The notes under the pieces were generated by a model, which saw only the letters and a list, made by a program, of their open reading frames with translations, had not been told where the DNA came from and searched no databases. DNA of 64,000 nucleotides from Treponemataceae bacterium (lineage in GTDB: Bacteria; Spirochaetota; Spirochaetia; Treponematales; Rectinemataceae): contig CAXXVZ010000003.1 of the NCBI GenBank assembly GCA_963678065.2, positions 416,001 through 480,000 of the forward strand. The letters are read 5' to 3'. Made by a program: the position numbers and the translations under genes. Shown in pieces: positions 28,387-38,246 of the stretch; within the stretch, counting starts at the first letter, position 1; each line of letters opens with the position of its first letter.

Positions 28387-29881
28387 GGTCGGACTCCTTT
28401 CCTGAAAGGCTCTCCCAATCCCTGCCTCCGATGAGGCGGCCGAGTTTCTCCACGCCGAGCGATTCAGCATCGAGGGGGGGCGAGACCTTCCCGGCGAAGA
28501 AAACGAGGACACGGTCGCTGTAGCGGAGAATCTCGTCGAGGTCGGAGGAGATGAAGACAATTGCCGTGCCGGTGGTGCAGCGTTCCTTCAGCTTGCTCCA
28601 GATGTAAATGGTCGATTCGATGTCGAGGCCGCGCGTGGGATGTTCGACGAGGATGAGGGAGAGCCGCGTCTTCATGAGGGCGAGGAGGGCTCTCTGCTGG
28701 TTCCCCCCGGAGAGGGATTCCACCCTGCTGTCGGGTCTGCCTTTTATGTTGAACTCTTCGATTCTCCGCTTCGTGAATTCGAGGTAGCGTCCGCGGTCGA
28801 CGAAAAACTCGGCCGAGCCGTCCGCGAGGGCGAAATGCTCCGCGAGGCTCATGCCCGGAATGAGTCCTTCCTCCATGCGCGAGGCGGGGAGGTAGGCCAC
28901 ACCGTGCCTGCGGAAGTCGTGGTGGGTTTTGCCAGTCATGACCTTCTCTTCCTCGTCGAGGCAGAAAGCTCCTTCAGCGGGCTGCATGAGGCCGCCACAG
29001 GCTCCGAGGAAGAGCGACTGCCCCGACCCTTCCATGCCTGCGAGCCCGATGACCTCGCCCGCCCGGACATCGAGGTCGACACCGCGGATCTGCAGCCTGA
29101 TGCTATCGAGCGAGACCTTCTTGACCGAGAGAACTTTCCGTCCTGGCGCGATGTGGGCGCGTGGGGCGAGGCAGACCTCCTTGCCGAACATGAGCGAGAC
29201 TAACGCCTCGGTGCGGAAGGGGGGCAGGGCGATTCCCGCGAGGGCTCCCTGCCTGAGTACGGCGGCGGCGGTGCACAGCGCCTCCACGTCCTCGAGCTTG
29301 TGCGAGACGAAGAGCACTGTCATGCCTTCGGACGCGAGTTTCCGGAGGGTCGCGAAGAGTTTTTCCTTCTGCGGGAGGCTTATGCCCGTCGTCGGCTCGT
29401 CGAGGATGAGGGTCTTCGCGCCGAGCCAGAGAAGCCGGAGAATCTCGAGTTGCTGGCGTTCTCCGACTGTCAGCGAATCGACCCGGACTGATGGATCGAG
29501 GTCGAAATCGAGCCGGGCCGCCAATTCCCTGAACTCACGGCCCGTCTTGCGCCTGTCTGGGACGATTCTGCCATTCGCGCCGAGAAGGAAGTCGTCGAGT
29601 ATGCTCAGGGTCGGAAAGTCGAGAGGATCCTGGTGGAGCATGCCGATGCCGCGGGCTATTGCGTCTGCAGGCGACTGGATCACAGCCGGCGCGCCGTCCA
29701 GGAGGATGGTTCCGGAGTCGGGTCTCTGGAAGCCCGAGAGGATTTTCATGAGGGTACTTTTCCCGGCACCATTCTCTCCGAGGATACCCTGTATGGTCGA
29801 GGCGGGAATATCGAGCGAAATTCCGTCGTTGGCTCTGACCCTGCCAAATGTCTTGCGGATGTTTCGCAGTTCTATGCGCAT
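28379..29881 (-). CDS. ABC transporter ATP-binding protein (two NBDs, CUT2 type)
   Basis: GENGAGKSTLMKIL, LILDEPT, second NBD LSGGNQQ; start ATG 29881. Confidence 0.93.
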   Translation of the reverse strand: MRIELRNIRKTFGRVRANDGISLDIPASTIQGILGENGAGKSTLMKILSGFQRPDSGTILLDGAPAVIQSPADAIARGIGMLHQDPLDFPTLSILDDFLLGANGRIVPDRRKTGREFRELAARLDFDLDPSVRVDSLTVGERQQLEILRLLWLGAKTLILDEPTTGISLPQKEKLFATLRKLASEGMTVLFVSHKLEDVEALCTAAAVLRQGALAGIALPPFRTEALVSLMFGKEVCLAPRAHIAPGRKVLSVKKVSLDSIRLQIRGVDLDVRAGEVIGLAGMEGSGQSLFLGACGGLMQPAEGAFCLDEEEKVMTGKTHHDFRRHGVAYLPASRMEEGLIPGMSLAEHFALADGSAEFFVDRGRYLEFTKRRIEEFNIKGRPDSRVESLSGGNQQRALLALMKTRLSLILVEHPTRGLDIESTIYIWSKLKERCTTGTAIVFISSDLDEILRYSDRVLVFFAGKVSPPLDAESLGVEKLGRLIGGRDWESLSGKESDRA

Positions 29882-29897
29882 GGATGCCCTTTTTACG

Positions 29898-29927
29898 GCG
29901 AAGACCTGCGATCCGGCAGGTCTTCGC
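29898..29927. repeat. intercistronic perfect 12-bp stem-loop
   Basis: GCGAAGACCTGC-gatccg-GCAGGTCTTCGC between the binding-protein and ATPase genes; a second looser hairpin at ~29954-29980. Confidence 0.7.
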
Positions 29928-29999
29928 GCGGGAAAATCCGGGATTCGAGGTGAGGAAGGCGGCTCAAGAAGGCCACCTTCCCCTGCAATCGACTTTGGG

Positions 30000-31199
30000 C
30001 TATTTGGAGACGCTCTGGCCGGCCATGCCGGAAAGGAGCTGGGGCAGATACCAGACCTGCTGGTCGGTCGCGGTCTGTCCATCTTTCAGGTAGACGCTGC
30101 CGTCCTGGAGACTGACTGGACCTTTCCAGAGATTGAGGCCCTTTGCCAGCTCGCCTATGAACTTGTCGATGCCGTCGCTCGCGGCCTTGGAGAGAGTTCC
30201 TTTGGCGAAACCGACGGCCGAGCTGTCGGCGTTGTTTATGTTCTTCCAGTCGGGAGCGTTCCACTCGAAGTGGCTCTTCCAGCTGCCGGCCATAGCTGCC
30301 TTGGCCGCTGTGGTGTAGGCGGGCCCCCAGTTGAAGTAGGGGACGCCGAGGGAGACACCCTTCCCCTCGTCGATGGCCTTGGCGTAGTCGTAGGGGACAG
30401 CCCAGACCTGTTTGCCCTGCGCGGTGAACTTGGCAGCTTCGGCGACGGCCTCCGTCGTGTCGATGCCGGAGATCACAACATCGTATCCGGTGTTGAAGAA
30501 GTCGTCGGCGACCTGGGTGGGATCGGACGTGACGCCAGGGATGTTGAACCAGAAGCCGATCCAACTCACCTTGAACTTGAGCTGAGTGGGGTCTTTCTTG
30601 AGGTAGTTGACCCAGGCGTAGTGCGCGCCGAGGTAGGCGGAGGAGGCGAGCCGGCGGGTCTCGTCGTTGATGAGGGGGCCGAGATAGCCGATCTGGCCGG
30701 TCTTGGTGGTCAGGGCCGCGGCGACGCCGGCTATCATCTTGCCGTACTCCATCCTGCCCATGACGTTGACCATGTTGGCGAGCGGCTTGTACGCCTTTCC
30801 TTCTTTCCACTGCTGGTCGCCCGAGGTCATGATGACGAAGATGTCCTGATGAGCCTGAGCAAACTTGACCGCTTCGTCCGTCATGTCATCCGAGCTGAAG
30901 ATGACGAGCTTCGCGCCCTGGCTCACGAGGCTTTCCCCGAGCTGGGAGGCCGTGGTTCCGGGCCTGTCCGCGGGGTTGACCTTGTCGATGTAGACCATCT
31001 TGGTTCCAGGGACCTTGGCGTTGACATACTTCACGCCGTCGTAGTTGGCCTGACTCCATCCGTGGTCGTTGTAGGGACCGACCATGAGGAGGCCGATTGT
31101 GAGAGAGGCGCCCGTAGCGGGCGGGGCGCTCTGCGCGAAGGCGCCCGACGCGAGGGCAAACGCGAGCAGCGCGAACGAAAGAGTGCGGAGAATTTTCAT
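30000..31199 (-). CDS. BMP-family ABC substrate-binding protein
   Basis: Signal peptide, VGPYNDHGWSQ, GVAAALTTKTGQIGY, WIGFWF, FNWGPAY; start ATG 31199. Confidence 0.88.
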   Translation of the reverse strand: MKILRTLSFALLAFALASGAFAQSAPPATGASLTIGLLMVGPYNDHGWSQANYDGVKYVNAKVPGTKMVYIDKVNPADRPGTTASQLGESLVSQGAKLVIFSSDDMTDEAVKFAQAHQDIFVIMTSGDQQWKEGKAYKPLANMVNVMGRMEYGKMIAGVAAALTTKTGQIGYLGPLINDETRRLASSAYLGAHYAWVNYLKKDPTQLKFKVSWIGFWFNIPGVTSDPTQVADDFFNTGYDVVISGIDTTEAVAEAAKFTAQGKQVWAVPYDYAKAIDEGKGVSLGVPYFNWGPAYTTAAKAAMAGSWKSHFEWNAPDWKNINNADSSAVGFAKGTLSKAASDGIDKFIGELAKGLNLWKGPVSLQDGSVYLKDGQTATDQQVWYLPQLLSGMAGQSVSK

Positions 31200-31332
31200 G
31201 CCTGTGCTCCTTGGCCGCGAGAATATCATGGACAGACTCAAGGCGGCTGCGGCTCTGCCACCACTCCTGCATTATAGAACTTCCCCGGCGATTGGCAAGC
31301 AATCCCGCAAAGGACAATAGGGGCAGAAAAGC

Positions 31333-31367
31333 GGAAAGCCGCCCCGGCAATGCCGGAGCGGCTTTCC
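31333..31367 (-). terminator. intrinsic terminator of ssrA
   Basis: GGAAAGCCGCTCCGGC-att-GCCGGGGCGGCTTTCC then GCTTTT on the minus strand, just after the tmRNA 3' end. Confidence 0.75.
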
Positions 31368-31372
31368 TTCCA

Positions 31373-31730
31373 TGGAGGTGGCGGGAGTTGAACCCGCGTC
31401 CCCGAACGCGCACCATGCGCCTCTACAGGTTTGTCCGTCCTTTCAGGTTGTCGGGGTGGGGGTCGCGGATCGGCGCGCTTTCCCACCCGTATCCCGGAAT
31501 CTGTCCCCGGCGCCGTCCGGATCCGGCGTCGGGCAAGCCTTGGTCGGTTACAGACGCATCGGCCGCTCGAGGCAGCGCAGCCGCGCGTCCGTCGTCACAG
31601 CGCTACTTACGCAGCGAGGGCGAGGGTGCCGTTGTTGTTGGCACATAAAGTTTTGCCGAATGTTAGGAGATCGGCGGCTCCACCTGCAACACATGATACG
31701 GACCGCACGGGTCGAGACCGGTGCACCCCC
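31373..31730 (-). ncRNA. ssrA: tmRNA, tag peptide ANNNGTLALAA* (31642-31607)
   Basis: 5' GGGGGTG..TCGAC pairs with 3' CACCTCC-A including G3:U; T-arm GCGGGTTCAACTCCCGC; tag ORF ending LALAA; CCA not encoded. Confidence 0.97.
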
Positions 31731-31762
31731 TGTCGTTCGATGAGGGTTACCGCATCGGATCA

Positions 31763-31791
31763 ACTATACGGATGAAACCCGCCCAGGTCAA
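31763..31791 (-). promoter_or_regulatory. sigma70 promoter of ssrA
   Basis: TTGACC-N17-TATAGT. Confidence 0.75.
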
Positions 31792-31864
31792 GCCGAGAGC
31801 TTTTCGGGAAAATTCCGACTGCCGCGATCCGCTGTCTCCCTCAGAACCTTCTACTACGAGGGCG

Positions 31865-33010
31865 TCAGAGCTTGAAAGCCGAATCTATGACGCCGCCACC
31901 GAGGACCCTTCCATCTTCGGAATAGAGCACGGCCGATTGTCCGGGGGCGACGGCCCTCTGAGCAATATCGAACTCTATGCGCGCGCCTCTGCCGACATCT
32001 CCGGCCCGGAGATCGTCCGGAATGGAGGCCTTTCCTCCGGCAACATGAGGCGTGACAAGGCAATCCACAGGCCTTTGGTTCTGCCTGATCTTCACCCGCG
32101 CCCTGAAAGGGCCGCAGATGGCTGCCGGATTCTGAAACCGGAAGTCGGCCGACTCGAGGCCTTCCGAGAAGAGCCCTCCGCCCGATCCGACAACAACCCT
32201 GTTGTTCACCGCGTCGAGCGAGAGGACGTAGAGGGCTTCGGCTCCCAGGCTGAGCCCTATCCCTCGCCTCTGTCCGATAGTGTAATACGGAAGCCCCCGG
32301 TGACGGCCGACACATTTCCCGTCTGTCGTAACGATGTCGCCGGGCATGGGTTCGCGGTCTGAGAAGAGGGGGGAATAGTCACCTCCTGCGATAAAATCCT
32401 GACTCTCGGCCTTCTCCGCGACCTCGAGCCCTAGGCCGCGCGCGATATCGCGCACTTCCTCTTTTGTCAGCTCTCCGAGCGGGAACATGATTTCTGACAG
32501 CCGCCCCGAGTCGAGTCCGTAGAGGAAGTAGCTCTGATCTTTCGCCGCGACGGAGGCGGTCTTCAGGTAGTTGATGCCGCCGACATTCTCGATGCGGGCA
32601 TAGTGTCCCGTGGCGAAGGCGTCAAACGCGAGCCCGGATTGCCGCGCGCGTGAACAGAGAAAGCCGAATTTGAGTTCACGGTTGCAGACGATGCAGGGAT
32701 TCGGAGTCCGGCCCACGAGGTACTCGCTCCGGAAATAGTCGAGGACTTTGGCTTCGTACTCCGCGCAGAGATCGACGACATGGTATTCTATTCCGAGTTG
32801 CGCGCACAGGCGTTCGCATGCGGCTATATCCTCTTCCTCGCCAGGGCCGTAACATGCGTGCTTCGCTCCTTCCTGTATCTTCACGGCCCCCGACCATATC
32901 TTCATGGTGAGGCCGAAAACCTCGAAACCCTTGTCCTTCAGTATTGCCGCCGCGACGGCCGAATCGACGCCGCCGGAAAGTCCGACGGCCACGCGCTGTG
33001 GTGTATTCAT
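31865..33010 (-). CDS. mnmA: tRNA 2-thiouridine(34) synthase
   Basis: SGGVDS, GRTPNPCIVCN, ATGHYA, KDQSYFL, YTIGQRRG, AVAPGQSAVLY. Confidence 0.96.
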   Translation of the reverse strand: MNTPQRVAVGLSGGVDSAVAAAILKDKGFEVFGLTMKIWSGAVKIQEGAKHACYGPGEEEDIAACERLCAQLGIEYHVVDLCAEYEAKVLDYFRSEYLVGRTPNPCIVCNRELKFGFLCSRARQSGLAFDAFATGHYARIENVGGINYLKTASVAAKDQSYFLYGLDSGRLSEIMFPLGELTKEEVRDIARGLGLEVAEKAESQDFIAGGDYSPLFSDREPMPGDIVTTDGKCVGRHRGLPYYTIGQRRGIGLSLGAEALYVLSLDAVNNRVVVGSGGGLFSEGLESADFRFQNPAAICGPFRARVKIRQNQRPVDCLVTPHVAGGKASIPDDLRAGDVGRGARIEFDIAQRAVAPGQSAVLYSEDGRVLGGGVIDSAFKL

Positions 33011-33176
33011 TTCATGGCAAGGATATCACGCGCGCGTCCGGAGGGCCAAGCGGCCATCTTAAGGACAGCCCGGCAGGCCTCTTCGGAAACAAAGCTGTTG
33101 GACAGCCGTTTTGAGTTGTCTTCAACCTTCCTTTCAGTCATAATACCTGTATTCAAACCACACGGAGACTCACGAC

Positions 33177-34310
33177 ATGAGCGAGGTATTCATCGGTTTC
33201 ACGTCGGTCACATGGCAGCATCTGGTCATGTACGGCATCGGCGGCATTCTCATCTGGCTTGCCATCAACAAGGGTTACGAGCCTATGCTGCTCCTGCCGA
33301 TAGGTTTCGGCGCCATCCTTGTCAATCTGCCGCTCTCAATCGCGGGCATCCCCACGAACGGCGACGCCCCCGGCTTCCTGAACATTCTCTACAACGCAGG
33401 CATCCTGACGGAATTGTTCCCCCTCCTCATCTTCATCGCGGTAGGGGCGATGATCGACTTCGGCCCGCTCTTCAAGAACCCGGTCATGATCTTCTTCGGG
33501 GCGGCCGCGCAGTTCGGCATCTTCGCCACGATGATCATAGCGACCTTCCTCGGCTTCAGCCTGAAGGAGGCGGCGAGTATCGGCATCATCGGCGCGGCCG
33601 ACGGCCCGACCTCGATTTTCGTCGCGACGCGCTTCGCCCCCGACTACCTCGCGGCCATCTCGGTGGCGGCCTACTCCTACATGTCCCTCGTGCCCATCAT
33701 CCAGCCGCCCGTCATCAAACTCCTGACCACCAAAAAAGAGCGCATGATCCACATGCAGTACCACGAGAGCAAGGTTCCGCAGTGGCTCAAGATACTCTTC
33801 CCCATCGTCGTCACCATAATCGCCGGCTTTGTGGCCCCCATCTCGGTGCCCCTCATCGGCTCGCTCATGTTCGGGAACCTCATCCGCGAGTCGGGTGTCC
33901 TCGAGCGCCTCTCGCAGACGGCCCAGAATGAGCTTGCCTACCTCGTCACCCTCCTCCTCGGCATCACGATCGGATCGAGTATGACCGCCGAGAAGTTCCT
34001 CAATCTCAAGACTCTCATGATCCTCGCCATGGGACTCGTCGCCTTCATCTTCGACACCGCGGGCGGCGTCCTCTTCGCCAAGCTCGTCAACCTCTTCCTG
34101 CCCAAGGACAAGAAGATCAACCCCATGATCGGCGCCTGCGGAATTTCCGCCTTCCCGATGTCGGCCCGCATCATCCAGAAGATGGCGAACGACGAGGAGC
34201 GCGGAAACATCATCCTCATGCCGGCCATAGGCTCCAATGTTTCAGGCCAGGTGGGATCCATCATCGCGGGCGGCATGGTGCTCGCCCTCGTTCCGCTTTT
34301 CGTGATGTAA
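33177..34310 (+). CDS. oadB: Na+-translocating decarboxylase beta subunit
   Basis: YEPMLLLPIGFG, GAMIDFGP, GAAAQFGIF, IGIIGAADGPT, AAYSYMSLVPIIQPP, GISAFPMSAR. Confidence 0.93.
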   Translation: MSEVFIGFTSVTWQHLVMYGIGGILIWLAINKGYEPMLLLPIGFGAILVNLPLSIAGIPTNGDAPGFLNILYNAGILTELFPLLIFIAVGAMIDFGPLFKNPVMIFFGAAAQFGIFATMIIATFLGFSLKEAASIGIIGAADGPTSIFVATRFAPDYLAAISVAAYSYMSLVPIIQPPVIKLLTTKKERMIHMQYHESKVPQWLKILFPIVVTIIAGFVAPISVPLIGSLMFGNLIRESGVLERLSQTAQNELAYLVTLLLGITIGSSMTAEKFLNLKTLMILAMGLVAFIFDTAGGVLFAKLVNLFLPKDKKINPMIGACGISAFPMSARIIQKMANDEERGNIILMPAIGSNVSGQVGSIIAGGMVLALVPLFVM

Positions 34311-34320
34311 GGAGTCAGAA

Positions 34321-34494
34321 ATGGATGCACTCATCGAAAATATCAGGTACGCGAGCATACAGGTCCAGGCCCTGGCAGTCACTGCCGGCGGACTCATCGG
34401 AGTCTTCGCGACTCTTGGTGTATTCTATATTCTTATAACAATTTCCAACAAATTCGGCAAAGGCAAGGAAGCGGCGGACAAACCGGAAGACTGA
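34321..34494 (+). CDS. small single-TM OadG-like subunit (57 aa, absent from ORF track)
   Basis: AAGGAG RBS then MDALIENIRYASIQVQALAVTAGGLIGVFATLGVFYILITISNKFGKGKEAADKPED*; directly after oadB. Confidence 0.75.
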   Translation: MDALIENIRYASIQVQALAVTAGGLIGVFATLGVFYILITISNKFGKGKEAADKPED

Positions 34495-34552
34495 CTTTCC
34501 TGCATAAATCGCAACAGCGCAAGCCACGGGCCATAACCGCGCGGTGCCGTTC

Positions 34553-34596
34553 CGACAAAAAGGCCGCCCATACCAGATGGACGGCCTTTTTTGTCG
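34553..34596. terminator. bidirectional intrinsic terminator
   Basis: CGACAAAAAGGCCG...CGGCCTTTTTTGTCG between convergent oadG-like and fprA genes. Confidence 0.85.
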
Positions 34597-34632
34597 CGCA
34601 AATCCGACTCGCGAAGCGCAGATACGTCCTCG

Positions 34633-35847
34633 TTATGCGCCCTTCACGTGGCGGGCGAGCTCGCGTCCGCGCTCGAAAAGGACGTCGAGAGTCGTGGCGT
34701 CCGGGCTTCCTGCCCACTCGACACTCTCGAGGCTGTCCCACTTGAGGGGCGCGATCCTGGCCTCGTAATCCTTCTTGGCCCCGCCGACCCAGCCCCAGCT
34801 GCCGATGCGCAGCGCTTTCCGGTTCCAGACATGCTTGCGCTCGAACACCTCGAGGAGGTAGGCGATGGGCGGGAACATCTTGTACTCGTAGGTGGGCATC
34901 GCGACGATTATGCCTTCGCACTTGTATGCGTCGGCGAGCGCGAAGGAGACGTCCTCGTTCGGGATCCTGTGGAGGACATAGGGAACCTTCTCGTGATCGA
35001 GTCCGGCAAGAACGGCCTTCAGACCCTTCTCGGTGTTGCCGTACATGGAACCCCAGACGACGCAGACCTCTTTCTCGCGATTTTTATCCAGGTAATCCGC
35101 ATATTTCGCATAACGCCCGATGATGACCTGCGGGTCTTTGCGCCAGATTATGCCGTGGCTTGGCGCGACAACCTTGAGATCGAGGATCGAGAGTTTTTCG
35201 ATGGCTTTTTTCACGAAAAGCCCGAAGCTCGACACGATATTGGAGTAGTAGCGGAGCGACTCCTTCTCATAAAAGCTGTGTTCGGCCGTATCGAACTGGT
35301 CGTCGAAAACCCTGTCTCCGAGTGCGCCGAAGCCGCCGAAGGCGTCGCAGGTGAAGGCGATGCCGGAAACAGGCTCGTATGTCACCATTGTTTCCGGCCA
35401 GTGGACGTTCGGCGCCTCGATGAAGTGGAGCACCATGCCTTCGCCGAGATCGAGCGTGTCGCCGGTCTTTACGACAACGAGACCCTCGGTGATCTTGTAA
35501 AAGGATTTGACGAGTTCGACACCTTTGGCTGTCGCGTAGATCTTCACGTGAGGATTGAGGGCCTTGAACTCGGCGAGCCAGCCGGTGTGGTCGGGTTCGA
35601 GGTGATTCAGAATGAGGTAGTCGATGTTGGAGATGCCGGTGCCAGCCTGGGAGAGCTGATCGCCCAGAATGGCAGGAGCATTCGTCCAGTCCCGGACCAG
35701 GTCGATCAAGGCCGTTTTTTCGCCCTTCACGACATAGCTGTTGAGGGAGACGCCGTCTGGGATGGGCCAGATTCCCTCGAAGAGATCGGTGGTCCGTATG
35801 TCGACATGGAGAGCGTGTATCCTGTCGGTGATCGGGTAGGCTTTCAT
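34633..35847 (-). CDS. fprA: flavodiiron protein (A-type flavoprotein)
   Basis: FEGIWPIPDGVSLNSY, NHLEPDHTG, VHWPETM, TCDAFG, PSHG, flavodoxin GSMYGNT; start ATG 35847. Confidence 0.93.
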   Translation of the reverse strand: MKAYPITDRIHALHVDIRTTDLFEGIWPIPDGVSLNSYVVKGEKTALIDLVRDWTNAPAILGDQLSQAGTGISNIDYLILNHLEPDHTGWLAEFKALNPHVKIYATAKGVELVKSFYKITEGLVVVKTGDTLDLGEGMVLHFIEAPNVHWPETMVTYEPVSGIAFTCDAFGGFGALGDRVFDDQFDTAEHSFYEKESLRYYSNIVSSFGLFVKKAIEKLSILDLKVVAPSHGIIWRKDPQVIIGRYAKYADYLDKNREKEVCVVWGSMYGNTEKGLKAVLAGLDHEKVPYVLHRIPNEDVSFALADAYKCEGIIVAMPTYEYKMFPPIAYLLEVFERKHVWNRKALRIGSWGWVGGAKKDYEARIAPLKWDSLESVEWAGSPDATTLDVLFERGRELARHVKGA

Positions 35848-35928
35848 CAATCTTCCTTCGTCGAAATATGATGTTGCGGCAGGATTCCACTCTCCTGCCG
35901 CGTTCATTATACCGCAATCACGGAACTT

Positions 35929-37389
35929 TCAGAAGGCACCTGTCCCGAGCTTGGCGGAAATCCCGAGACTGACCGGATTCCCCTGGAAGAGTACACCATA
36001 CTCAGTCGCCTTTTCGCCGAAAACGAAGGTCAGGTCCGCCTGGAGGCTCATCCTGTCAAAGAGCTTCCAGGTTACCGAAGGCTTCACGAGACCCGAGAAA
36101 TCGGAGAGGTTTGCGATCGACAGGATCGAAACCGTTATGTTGTCGTCGAGAAATTCCGACTTGCTGAACGAGAACCCCGCGTAGTGCATGCCCGAATTGT
36201 AGGCCACTGCGGCGAGTGCCCCGCTGAGCGCTTTTACGGCAGAAGAGGGGAGCCCTGGGGTCTCAATGACTGCCATTCCGGTGGAGATGAGATTCTTGCG
36301 GTCGGAATCGAAATACCCCTCGCCGTTGTAAAAATACTGTGCGATGGCCACAATATTTGCTTTTGAATTATTGTACAGCAGTCCGGCCGTGCCCGAGGGG
36401 ATCCAATCTGTCTTTTTCGGCAAGGCGATGAGATACGGGTAGGAAGCGCTTATGGATGAGTAAAAAGTTTTCTCGCTCCCGTGCGCGATGCTGAACTCGC
36501 CGAACATATCGAAGTCCCCCAGAGGGCCCGCGAGTGTCAGCATACCGCGCTCAGGCCTTCCGTACTGGTAGTAGCCCCCCAGCCCCACCTCATAGTGCTT
36601 TACGAGCACTTCGGCCTTTGCCGCGAGCGCGATGTCCGAGGGATAGACAGGCAGGGGATTGGTCGGATCCTTGGGGTTCAGGATGGCGTAGGCGTAGAGA
36701 TTGTTCTGCGTTCCGAGTATGGGCATGTGTACCCGGAAATTGACCGGACCCTCCCGCTGGGCAGTCGGGTCGGTGATATCTATGGACCCGACATTGATGA
36801 CATCGGCGGGACTCCAGAAGTAGCCTGTTCCCCACTTGACCGTGGACTTCCCGAAACGGAAGAAGACGGAGTCTTTCCATGAAAAATCGGAAAAGAGCTC
36901 GAATACCGAGATGTTCGGGAGGGCAATCTGGCCTGAAGTCGTGACAAGGGAGGAGCCAGTCAAGGTCGCCGATGTCAGGAATGTGCTGGTTGCAGTGAAT
37001 GGCCAGGCGATCTTGGCAGAGCCATAAACCCGGAAGTCCTCGTCCGGCCTCGCGTCGAAGAAGACGAGGCTGGACAGCGTGGGATTGACGACGGTCGAAT
37101 CCGGTTTCAGGGGATCGAACCCGCCGGTCCATGGAGTGTTCCACTTCCAGCTCAGGCCTATATTCCCGGTGAAGCTCCCGCCGATCCTGACTTTGTCGGT
37201 CTTGAGGGCTGCGGAGACGCCATTGCCGGCATCCTTCACTGGCGTATTGTCCACGACTTCGTCGCCGAAGAGAGCATCCTCGCTCGCACTTCCGGAACCG
37301 GGGAGACTCTCTTGCGCAAAACCCGAAAACGTCGCCAAAAAACCGAGGCAGAGGAGGCTGAAGGTCCTGGTGAATGCTTTTTTAGCCAT
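35929..37389 (-). CDS. putative outer-membrane beta-barrel protein
   Basis: Signal peptide, RFGK..VKWGTGYFWSPADVIN segment, alternating beta-strands, C-terminal Phe. Confidence 0.65.
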   Translation of the reverse strand: MAKKAFTRTFSLLCLGFLATFSGFAQESLPGSGSASEDALFGDEVVDNTPVKDAGNGVSAALKTDKVRIGGSFTGNIGLSWKWNTPWTGGFDPLKPDSTVVNPTLSSLVFFDARPDEDFRVYGSAKIAWPFTATSTFLTSATLTGSSLVTTSGQIALPNISVFELFSDFSWKDSVFFRFGKSTVKWGTGYFWSPADVINVGSIDITDPTAQREGPVNFRVHMPILGTQNNLYAYAILNPKDPTNPLPVYPSDIALAAKAEVLVKHYEVGLGGYYQYGRPERGMLTLAGPLGDFDMFGEFSIAHGSEKTFYSSISASYPYLIALPKKTDWIPSGTAGLLYNNSKANIVAIAQYFYNGEGYFDSDRKNLISTGMAVIETPGLPSSAVKALSGALAAVAYNSGMHYAGFSFSKSEFLDDNITVSILSIANLSDFSGLVKPSVTWKLFDRMSLQADLTFVFGEKATEYGVLFQGNPVSLGISAKLGTGAF

Positions 37390-37398
37390 GACTGACTC

Positions 37399-38226
37399 CT
37401 ATTTATTCACCTGCTCGATGAAGGCCTTGGTGAAGACCTTGTCGGGCAGGGGAGCCACGGATTGCTCGGCCATGGTGATCTGGCTCTTCTCTCCCTTGTT
37501 GATCTCGTCGACGATGAGTATTTGGGAGGGCATGAGCCTTCCGTCGATCTCGGCGTACTTGGGATAGAGAGTCGTGCGCATGAGCCTGCCGGAGACCGAG
37601 AAATCTTCCTGCTTGAGCAGCATGGTCCGATCCTTGCGGACGTAGAGCTTCATGCGCTCGTAGGCGACCTCGTTGGTCTTCGCCTTCAGGTCGAGGATCC
37701 AGACCGGGAATTTGCCCACCATCCCCTCTTTCGTGGACTCGATGGTGTAGTCATCGACGAGGGAGGTCTTCGTGAAGTCGGAATTTTTGGCCTCGCTGTT
37801 CTGCAGGTTTTCCTTGATCGACGAGAACGAAAACTTGCGGCTCGTCGGATCGTAGAACCAGACGCTCTCTTCCTCGCGGAGGTAGCCCTGGCCTTTGTTG
37901 ACTTCAGGAAGCATGATGAGGAGGGCGAACTGTTTTTTGGTGTCGCGGCGGTAAAGCCTGACCTGAGTCACAGTCTGCTTTTCGCCCGGTTTCTCCGAGA
38001 CGATCGTGATGAGCGAGGAATAATCCTTGCCCGAAAAGTCTTCGAGAGTGTCGAGCGTCTGCAGGATTTTTACCGGATCGGCTGTCTGAGCGAAGAGGCC
38101 GGAAGATGGAACGAAGGTGAGGAGGAAGAGCGCGCACTGCATCAGCGCGGTTGTCCTCCCAAGCCACAAACGAGGCGAGGGCGCCCTGCGCCTGATTCCG
38201 GAATGCATCTGCGGATCGTGGTTCAT
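37399..38226 (-). CDS. LolA-like outer membrane lipoprotein-sorting family protein
   Basis: P..NKGQGYL, VWFYDP, NSDF, Y..MKLYV, GRLMRT pattern; start uncertain (38250/38226). Confidence 0.75.
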   Translation of the reverse strand: MNHDPQMHSGIRRRAPSPRLWLGRTTALMQCALFLLTFVPSSGLFAQTADPVKILQTLDTLEDFSGKDYSSLITIVSEKPGEKQTVTQVRLYRRDTKKQFALLIMLPEVNKGQGYLREEESVWFYDPTSRKFSFSSIKENLQNSEAKNSDFTKTSLVDDYTIESTKEGMVGKFPVWILDLKAKTNEVAYERMKLYVRKDRTMLLKQEDFSVSGRLMRTTLYPKYAEIDGRLMPSQILIVDEINKGEKSQITMAEQSVAPLPDKVFTKAFIEQVNK

Positions 38227-38246
38227 ATAGAGACTCCTGTATGTAA

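Noticed and set aside
31200..31270. Purine riboswitch ahead of the BMP transporter
   Set aside because: Leader is short and lacks the purine-aptamer core
28929..31277. 782-aa + strand ORF across the ABC ATPase and BMP genes
   Set aside because: Antisense to two clear genes; composition typical of reverse-frame translation
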